Positions 55,156-64,000 of a DNA stretch of 64,000 nt are shown one piece after another. Source of the DNA: Octopus vulgaris (taxonomy: Eukaryota); NCBI GenBank assembly GCA_951406725.2, contig OX597820.1, positions 63,736,001-63,800,000 on the forward strand. The letters run 5' to 3'. Position 1 is the first letter of the stretch; every line of letters begins with the position of its first letter. Made by a program: the position numbers and the translations under genes. Under the pieces are notes generated by a model, which saw only the letters and a list, made by a program, of their open reading frames with translations, had not been told where the DNA came from and made no database searches.

Positions 55156-56468
55156 ACACCCTATTGGGAGCCTTAACTCCAAAATTCTAGTCATTTCTTT
55201 TATGATCCAAAATTAGGTCAAAAGTACTGACGGGATCTTTATGAAATTTGGAAATTATATTTTATCCATAAGGGCCATAACCCCCATGACAATTTATATA
55301 TTTTTGCTGTTGATGAAATTTTAACCATAGATATTTGACACAAATGAAGTAATATTTATAAAATTTCATCTTCTTACAAAGTTAGAAGGACCCCTCCATG
55401 GGGACTTAGTAACCACAAATTTTGTCATTTTACCGAAGCAAAAACGAATACTGTTGTGTGGAAGCTGTAGGGTTACGCGAGCAAAAAAGTTGGGCATTAT
55501 TTCTAATTCAATGGTACAACTGTATAACAGTTTGCCTTGACATACACTTACACTGTGATTTCTGCAATGTGGTGCATAAATTGTCAAGTACATGAGAGGC
55601 AGTTTTGGCTCCTCTGATTCAGGTGCAAAGTGTTGAGTAAAGTTATTTGATTACATACTTCCTTTCAGTTTTTTATTATCACTCGGTCACACATAGTCCC
55701 CAGATAGTAACATTGATTTCAAGGCCTTCCCAGATGAGTGACTGGTTATTCAAAGACATTAATAGATTTTTTATTTATTCTGTCCAGTTACGTATCAGTA
55801 TAGTGGTCATTTGCAAACTCCAGAGGTGACACTTTAATTTCTTCTTAGCCCTCACATCACACAGTTGTTAATGTTGATTTCAGTTGGGTCACGCCCTTCC
55901 AATTGCTATAGCTTCGTAATGCATCTTACGGCTGTGCCTGTCACCTGGATGGTGAGGAATCCTACTTTGGGAGTGGTAACGACTAGGGTAAGGTAACTGA
56001 CCGCTTATTGTGATCATTTGTCTTTTGGTTTCCTGTAGCTTTGCTCTCTTTTACAAACCCAGTGAACATATATTTCCTATTTCAAAGACATTCAAACAAT
56101 AGATATAAGACCCAAGTTAAACAGATTATCAACAATTCAACTTCTCTGGTTGACATTAAGATGCCCACCTCCAACAGGGGCCATAACTCTCACATTTTAG
56201 AGCTCCATGACCTTCATTTCTCAGGAACAAGATCTTTTTAACAGGTTCAATAAGACTGGAATTTTGGAATATGCGCATAAAAATCTGTAGTATGGGATAC
56301 ATGTGGCACGATTACAATTTTTTTAGGGTGTGTAAAGATGGAAATAACCCTAATCTACAATTTTGATGACATTCGAAACATAAATATTCCATTTCATTAC
56401 AGAAAATATAACAGAAAATTCTAATTCTTCAATTGAATGTGACCGGGCAACGCCGGGTATCTCTGCTA

Positions 56469-56469
<1 letters not shown>
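53625..56469 (+). mobile_element. Probable non-autonomous Helitron interrupted by nested insertions
   Basis: 5' tatatataaaa..(gtct)n..aatttcattcaaatttt like the 45089 element; 3' hairpin ccgggcaacgccgg, then CTAG^T at 56466-56470; linkage of the two ends is inferred. Confidence 0.5.
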
Positions 56470-56513
<44 letters not shown>

Positions 56514-56530
56514 TGTATGTATGTATGTAT

Positions 56531-56590
<60 letters not shown>

Positions 56591-56689
56591 GTATATATAT
56601 ATATATATATGTACTGTTGTATTTCGAGATGGTCATTTTATTTTTTGTTGCCAAATAAACACACGCACTATATATTTTCTTTTGTTCTT

Positions 56690-57070
56690 TTATTTGTTTT
56701 AGTCATGCTGGAGCACCGCCTTTAGTCGATCAAATCGACCCCAGGTCTTATACTTTGTAAGCGTAGTACATATTCCATCGGAGTCTTTTACCGAACCGCA
56801 AAGTTTCGAGGACGTAAACACACCAGCATCAGTTGAGAAGTGATAGCCGAGGGAGGGGGTGCATGCGAAATAAGAAACGTTAGCACGTCGGGCGATAATC
56901 TTAGCGGTATTTCGTCTGTCTTTACGTTCTGGTTTCAAATTCTGCCGAGGTCGACTTTGCCTTTCATCCTTTCGAGTTCGATAAATTAAGTACCAGTTGC
57001 GTACTAGAGTCGATCTAATCAACTGGCTCCTTCCCCCAAACATCCGTGCCCTCTGCCTAGAATAGAAAAG
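56690..57070. mobile_element. Minus-strand SINE tail fused to a plus-strand Deu/Nin-like SINE
   Basis: catgctggagcaccgcc (56704) followed by ttagcacgtcgggcg...ggtcgactttgcctttcatcc. Confidence 0.7.
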
Positions 57071-57453
57071 AATTGACTATATATATATATACATAACCGT
57101 AACTTGATAGAGTGTGGACTGAAATCTCCGCGAATTTCCTTGAATTTGAACTGCAAAATTTGTGATATCAATTTTCTGTAATGTTTTGCAAAGGTATAGT
57201 TTTACTGCAGATGACGCTACCATTTTCCTCATCTTCTTTAATAGATACAATCAAAATTGTGTGTGTGTGTGTTTGTGTGTGCGCGTGCGTGTGTGTGTGT
57301 GCGTGCGTGTAGGTGTGTTTGTTACCGGTCAGTTTGTTGTGAACATTTCCCTTCCTCATCGTCTGTTTTGGCTTATTCCAGTTTATTCATCTACTTCCTT
57401 TCTAGTCTTCAACGTTCTAATATAAAAAATAAAATAACGAATTCATCATAATA

Positions 57454-57594
57454 TTAGGTTGTCCCAAAAGTTCGTAAACACTTGCGAAAATTGAATTTTT
57501 ACTCGCCAAGTACTAACAAAAACAACAAAAATTATTCCTCAAAATAAAGACCATTATTTTCCAAGACTTTCTACGAACTTTTGGGACAACCTTA
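57454..57594. mobile_element. Mariner-type MITE
   Basis: 23 bp TIRs ttaggttgtcccaaaagttcgta / tacgaacttttgggacaacctta (1 mismatch), TA target duplication. Confidence 0.85.
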
Positions 57595-57875
57595 TATGTA
57601 ATTTCTGTTGAAATGAGTATGATTGTGAATTCTTCCTCTCTTCTTTTCCTTGTTCTTTTTTTTTTCATTCTCTGTTTACCTGCGCTCGTGCATGAGCGTG
57701 TGTTTGTATACATGAGGGTTAATAATTAGAAATGTGAAGAATGCAAATTTATTTTTCTTTTGCACGAAATTTACTTGCGCGTGTATAACAAAACGTAGTC
57801 GCCAGTGAATCAGCATGCGCTTATGAGAAAGTAAAACATAACTGTAGTCGTCTTTGTTATGAAGCTAAGCATAAT

Positions 57876-58070
57876 GCGGTGAGCTGGCAGAATCGTTAGT
57901 ACGCTTGACGTTCATCGCTACGTTATGAGTTCAAATTCCTCTGAGGTCCACTTTACCTTTTATCCTTCGGTGGTCGATATATTAAGCACCATTGAGGCAC
58001 TGTGGTTGATCTAATCGACTAATCCACTCCTACCAAATTTGAGGCGTTGTACCTCTAGTAGAAAGGGTTA
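57876..58070 (+). mobile_element. Deu/Nin-like SINE
   Basis: gcggtgagctggcagaatcgttag...gagttcaaattcc..ggtcgat. Confidence 0.7.
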
Positions 58071-58729
58071 TTAAGCTAAACATTTCCACCAGGTTTTTCT
58101 GTTGGAAACAGAGCATTAAAACATTGAGTTACTTAAAGATTATCAATAGCACAGATTGAATCGATGTTTCGTTGTCGTTTAGCTCTTGGAGAACAACTCA
58201 CTCAAGATTCAGGTTGTTGAAATAACTCATAGACAGGCGAGACAACTTCCCTCTGATAGAATACAGGAGTGATGGATACCGACATTTTGCCATTTTTGTG
58301 GGTTATCATCATCACTTACCTAAATCGTAAAGGGGACGAATCAAATCTCCTGCCTATGACTATATATAAATAGAGTAAGAACTATAAGCTCGTATGCCAC
58401 GGTGATGCATACGTAAGATTAAATTCAATAACGGATTAAGTTTTGTTTAGATTGAATGTGTATCCGTACACGAAAACCACGGGAAGGGTGCGTTGCCTCA
58501 AAAAGTATCTATAAACCAAATGAAAATATAAAATATGTACAAGAATCAGGGATCAGGAGTGAATTAATCACCCGTCTTGTCAAGTGAATGTTTTAAAAAA
58601 AGATGGGTGAATGTGGCAAGGATGACACGTTTGAATGACGAAGCCACCTTGACTGTGATCCTATGAACCGTAAAAATTAGTACAGAGAGTTGCTTATTTG
58701 TAAAAAAATATAACATGTGACTTCATTAA

Positions 58730-59015
58730 CCGAGGTTACCGTGGTCTTTTCCGTAGGCTTTTCTTTCCACGGGTAAACCTCACCTGTCCTCCCCTTTACA
58801 CTTTATATTGACATTTCTGTGATAACGATCCCTTATTGATCGATCTTTTCTTTTTCCTTTTATTTTATTCCCCCCTTTTTTTGCTTTCCTCTTTCTTTCC
58901 TTTCGATCCCTTTTGATCGAAATCCAAACCCCCTTTTTTATCTCCAAAAAGAAAAGCTCTACCTTGTAATTTGTCCCGTCTGTGTGCAGCCCTGTGTGGC
59001 TAATAAAGAAACATA
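58730..59015 (+). mobile_element. 3' UTR fragment of an L1/Tx1-like LINE
   Basis: Pyrimidine-rich, ending gccctgtgtggctaataaagaaa, like the end of the 9050-10128 element. Confidence 0.5.
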
Positions 59016-59589
59016 TGTAGAGTGTTAATGACATCAAGGTTACGTAGCCTCGTTATAGGAACAAGTCATAAGGATCACCCTAGGCCATCCGAGTCTGCCG
59101 CGTTATGTTCCTTTGTCGAGCCTAAGAAACTTTAAGCTGAATGGGATTTAATCAAACATATTTTTAAATATTAGTAGAATTAACCTAATGTGTTGTGTGT
59201 TTCTTTCATTCGTTTGACCACTCATTCGTACCTCCGTACATACATACATACATACTTACATACATACATACATACATACGTATATACAAACATAAATACA
59301 TACGTATGTGTGTATGTATATATGTATGTATTTGTATAAATATACAGTTGGTTTCCGGCTGAATTTGACGATTCATTGTCTCTCTTTTTTTTATCAACAG
59401 TTTGATGCATTCGTGAACGGTCAACAGTGTTAGGGAGCACTAAGATTTAAGTGGTAGTTTGAAGAAAGTTAACTGACATACCGAAGAGGAAACCATCTGA
59501 ATATTGGTAAATAGTTATCCGTATAATGATGCTTCGAACTGGGTTTCAAATCGTTTACATAATAACTGCTGCTCATTGCTCTGTGATCA

Positions 59590-59922
59590 CTGTAAAGGGT
59601 GGAAAACGTTTACATGGACATCATGAAAACCAATTTCCTCTAGACTGTGATGGCCTTTGGTTGTGTTGCAAGTGAGGGTGATATCATGCTATGAAATATC
59701 CTTCAACATGGCCTTATCATACAGAAATTTATGTGAAGTTGCATGCGATGTGGTCAAATCTTGGCTGGGTAGGGTTAGAGCTGGAACACCATGTTTGTAG
59801 CGACAGTATTCGATTCTTTGCCACACACGGAGAGAATCAGAATTTGTTGACAGAGAATTTTGACTCCAACACGCCCCACAATTTCTGGCCTCCTAATCGC
59901 CTGATTGTAATCGCATGGGATT
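59590..59922 (+). mobile_element. Degenerate Tc1/mariner (maT/DD37D-like) transposase fragment
   Basis: VMAFGCVASEGDIM and TPHNFWPPN match VMV.G.V.S.G..M and WPPNSPD. Confidence 0.65.
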
Positions 59923-59923
59923 A

Positions 59924-59956
<33 letters not shown>

Positions 59957-59960
59957 ACAC

Positions 59961-59991
<31 letters not shown>

Positions 59992-60032
59992 CATATATAT
60001 GTTGGTATTAATTATATAAACATATATATGCA

Positions 60033-60075
<43 letters not shown>

Positions 60076-60419
60076 TATGTGTACATACATACATACATAC
60101 ATATATATATATAGAGAGAGAGATAGAGTGAGAGACAGAGAGAGAGAGGAGAGAGAGAGGGGGGAACAAACAGACAGACGGAGTGAGAGAAAGAGAGAGA
60201 AACCGAAAGTGAGAGATATGAGAGGAGATTAAGAAATGCTGGGATACAGTTATTTGAAAACAGTGATTTATGTAGAACAAATTGATATGTATTCAAAATC
60301 TCACACAAGCACGGATAAGTAAATTCACGCTCTATCTTACGCTGATACATAAAAAAACACGCATATTTCATATTTTAATTACAAAAATACATATTTCATT
60401 TACATTCCCACAGACCGTA

Positions 60420-61400
60420 TCTAAAATTAACCTATTTTGAAATCTAAGCTACCTAAACATTAATTGGAATACGTCGTCTCAACACTTCGAAGGGTATGCA
60501 ATGAATTTAAACTCAATCAACTCTGGCTCTGCATCGTTTGCAAAAATTTCTTAAGCGCCAATTAACCTACACTACATAACTCTGGCTTACGTGCAAGAAT
60601 TTTCCGACTAAAGATAATAACAGGGATATTGGAAAATAAACGCAGTTCTGGTCTCAACTCTCATGCATGGACTTTCCAGTATAATGACATGTCTCATTGA
60701 TAGTAAAATAAAAACCTACTGAATTTGGTAATCTGTGCAGAAAGTGATTATATTCACAAACGAGCACACGCCCAATACATACAAGCATACATAGAAACAT
60801 ACATAAATACATACATGAAAACATTGGAGAAGGGAGGTAACTACGGATAACTTCCACGGAGCATTCAATGTCTATAGGCAAATTATATATTCACATGCAT
60901 GCCAATTATAATTGCTCCACTTGGTTTTGCCTAAGTGACAATCGGTAAAAAGTAGGGTTTTAAAAAAGATACACGTCGAGCAGCAAACAAGCGTACTGCA
61001 AACTGTATCCGTCAGTGCCACAGTAAAAGTATATAGACATTTTCTCACATGCATATTTCCATTGGTTTTGTTCTTAACTTTCCAACGATAGAGTTTTTAG
61101 AAACCAGCTGCTTCCTTACAGAGACACTCCAAGAAATTTTCTTAAAAAAATCAGAAGATAACATATACACGTGAGCAGGGTCACAAAGCGCATAATCCAG
61201 TGCTTCGTGGGTTTGTTATCATGATTGTAAAATCATGGGTTAACTTGGTAAGTGCAGTGGCTTGTTCTGTCATCGAATAAAACAGTTCAATCGTCGTTTG
61301 TTCCAGTCTATTCAGTAAAAAAGCAAAAAAGACAGCACCAACCACGGTTTTAGTGTAGCACACTCCGTGGCCCAGCTATTACATGGTGGATGTCCGAATG
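60420..61400 (-). mobile_element. Possible highly degenerate piggyBac transposase remnant
   Basis: FTINETCHYTG resembles TIDE.L..F.G; weak. Confidence 0.3.
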
Positions 61401-61506
61401 GGTAGTGTGAAACGATCACTTAACGAAAGCACAACACCTCATACGAAACCAAACTCGCTCTAGTGACAGATGTTTTTGTACGCTCGCGCACACACACACA
61501 CATATC

Positions 61507-61543
<37 letters not shown>

Positions 61544-61553
61544 TCTTTCACAT

Positions 61554-61631
<78 letters not shown>

Positions 61632-61640
61632 ATATATATG

Positions 61641-61691
<51 letters not shown>

Positions 61692-63524
61692 GTGTGCATA
61701 TATATATGTATATATAAAATTTTATTATATTGCAATTAACACTATATATCACATACATTTGTATGTTGCGTGCGCGCGTGTTTGTGTGTGTGTGTGTGTG
61801 TGTTCTGTTTGTATTATATTTTTCTAAAGCAATATAATTTTTGACATACCGTTGCAGAGACCATAGCTAACATTCTGCTATTTGTGAAACAAAATGTAAA
61901 TTAATAAATATTTTCAATATCGACGGAAAGAACTGAAGACAGAAATCCTTTATCAGATTTAAACAATTGTTTACCTCTTCTGCAATTAACCCAGGCATAT
62001 CTGGTCAAGATATTCTACCTGTTTTATGTTCAAGCTGACTGAATCCTATCCCGCACACCTACTCCAAAATATCATTATGAAATCAATCAATCTTGAAGCT
62101 ATAAGATAATGCATGATTAATTCCAAAACAATGTGAATGTATACGCATTTGAATGCTTAAGTGTTAATTTTCCATCTTTATTTTTATCCGGTAAGATGAG
62201 AGATTCAGGTTGCTGTCAGGATGTCTTGAAAACAACTTACACATGCAAGTGCTACCAGTCGAGAACTCCGCATACCGGGACCCAGAAGTGTATGGAGTCA
62301 TCAGGAGAGAATGCGCGCCATTTCAGGGCCTACTTCTCGACGACATGAATGTGCACCGGCCCCCACTTACTAATATGAGGCGCCGCTTTGCTAGATCAAC
62401 TGGTTATTAAATAAAGCTCACTATTTCTCGAGCTATTGCTCTACAATCGTAGGATGGTCTTTAATTAAACAACTAGAAATTCGCTAATCGGCATACTATA
62501 AAGAATAAAAAACTATGTAATGCTTTCTTTGATTCCATCAGTGAGTTTTGTTAAATATCACATGATTTTGTTATCATCAAAGATTCTCACAAATTCTCTA
62601 GTTCATTAAAATTACATCAAAGTTATCACAAGTGCAAACATTGTGCATGACGTCATTGTCACTACATTATTGTCTTTGCCTCATATAATGTTTCTCTATT
62701 TCCTGAACGTCGTTACGCAATGGACGGCAGAAACAATCTTCATGATTTAAGATGTTTATCAGATGTAGTCATCATCGAAAAGCACGTTAATCAATCACTG
62801 GTAATTTATTGTCGTAGATGAGGATACTTTAAATATATTTACTACATACATTTTGACATCTGGAATAAACATGAATAAATTTAGAGCTCTATGCTTCTAG
62901 CTCTGCATTTAGATCTGCATCAGTGTCAGTTAATTTATTCTATTATACTCAAGAAGATGTATGACTCTACACTCGCTATGTATGACAAATTGTACTGCAG
63001 AATCTCAATGAAGAAAAGTTAAGACAAAACAAAAATCGAGATAGCGATAAGGTAATATATAGCATTGGCCAGAAATGTACATATTAAGATACGTTTTAAT
63101 TACTGTAAGAAACGAAATATATTTGCACCGTAGTAGTATGTCAGTTGCCACGGAAGGAAAATTATCTTTCCAATGAAAGAATTGTTGGAAAACAAGTATA
63201 TAGCATTCACATGAAGTCTATTTGAATTTTATACATAATTCTGATGAGTCGAATTCGGTACATGTTCTTGCAATGTAATCTCATGAATCGATAGTAGCAT
63301 ATATTATGAAGAATATAACAATATTCGCAAGACCCTATTCAAATGAATCCTTCGTAATTTCTTGTAATAAAAAGATATGTTCATGTCTTACTTACAAATA
63401 TTTGTCCTTGCTTACATATGTGTGTGTGTGTGTTCGCTTGTGTGTGTATGTCTGCCTCTATGTATATATGTATGTGTGTGTTTATGCACATGCATACAAA
63501 GAGAGAGAGAAGTAAATAAATAGA

Positions 63525-63526
63525 TA

Positions 63527-63586
<60 letters not shown>

Positions 63587-63592
63587 AAAGAA
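63525..63592. repeat. (GAAA)n microsatellite
   Basis: Tetranucleotide run. Confidence 0.95.
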
Positions 63593-64000
63593 AGCTTGTG
63601 TGCAATAATATGGTTTCCATTATCAATTACAGAAATATTTTTGATTCACCTTAGATAACCCATTGCTATTTCTAATGCTCAAAGTTTGACATGTTAAACG
63701 TTATATTATCAGTTTTATCTGACATTCGATTCCTTCACTTATATTTCCCACATTTCTCAGATTATTTTCGCCCTGTAACATTTAATATTCAATTCAGTGT
63801 CATCTAGGGTAGAAGCGCCTAATATGGATTTTAATGTGCCAGCTGTGCGAATTTAATTGGCAAGGCCAAACTCAAAAGTACTATTTCGTGTTTTCCGTGA
63901 TCCCGCCACTATTTCGTGTAAATTGCCGAAGTATTATTTCTATAATTAAAGGCTCTCTCAGATTGAGAAGATCATAAAAATCTCTATGAAATTATCCTGT

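Overview
AT-rich, microsatellite-saturated eukaryotic DNA with no confidently identifiable host gene. The tRNA-derived SINE families and repeat landscape strongly suggest an octopus (cephalopod) intron or intergenic region; this is an inference from recalled repeat families. Nearly all ORF-track entries are microsatellite artefacts. The real content is mobile DNA. The centrepiece is a near full-length but frameshifted Penelope-like element (RT plus GIY-YIG, ~20480-26965) with two ~660 bp pseudo-LTRs, each carrying a minimal hammerhead-like motif. Next to it, in the same (TA)n tract, sits a non-coding 680 bp element (27106-27786) with a 362 bp-period direct repeat, 113 bp inverted arms and a minus-strand minimal type I hammerhead ribozyme with a compensatory U3-A8 core; this is the best candidate for a novel system (retrozyme-like). 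Also present: a second, degenerate PLE clade; a Dong/R4 element in (TAA)n; fragments of Tx1/L1, CR1 and RTE LINEs; Tc1/mariner and piggyBac remnants; non-autonomous Helitrons; a mariner MITE; and many SINEs, some sharing 3' tails with LINEs in the window.
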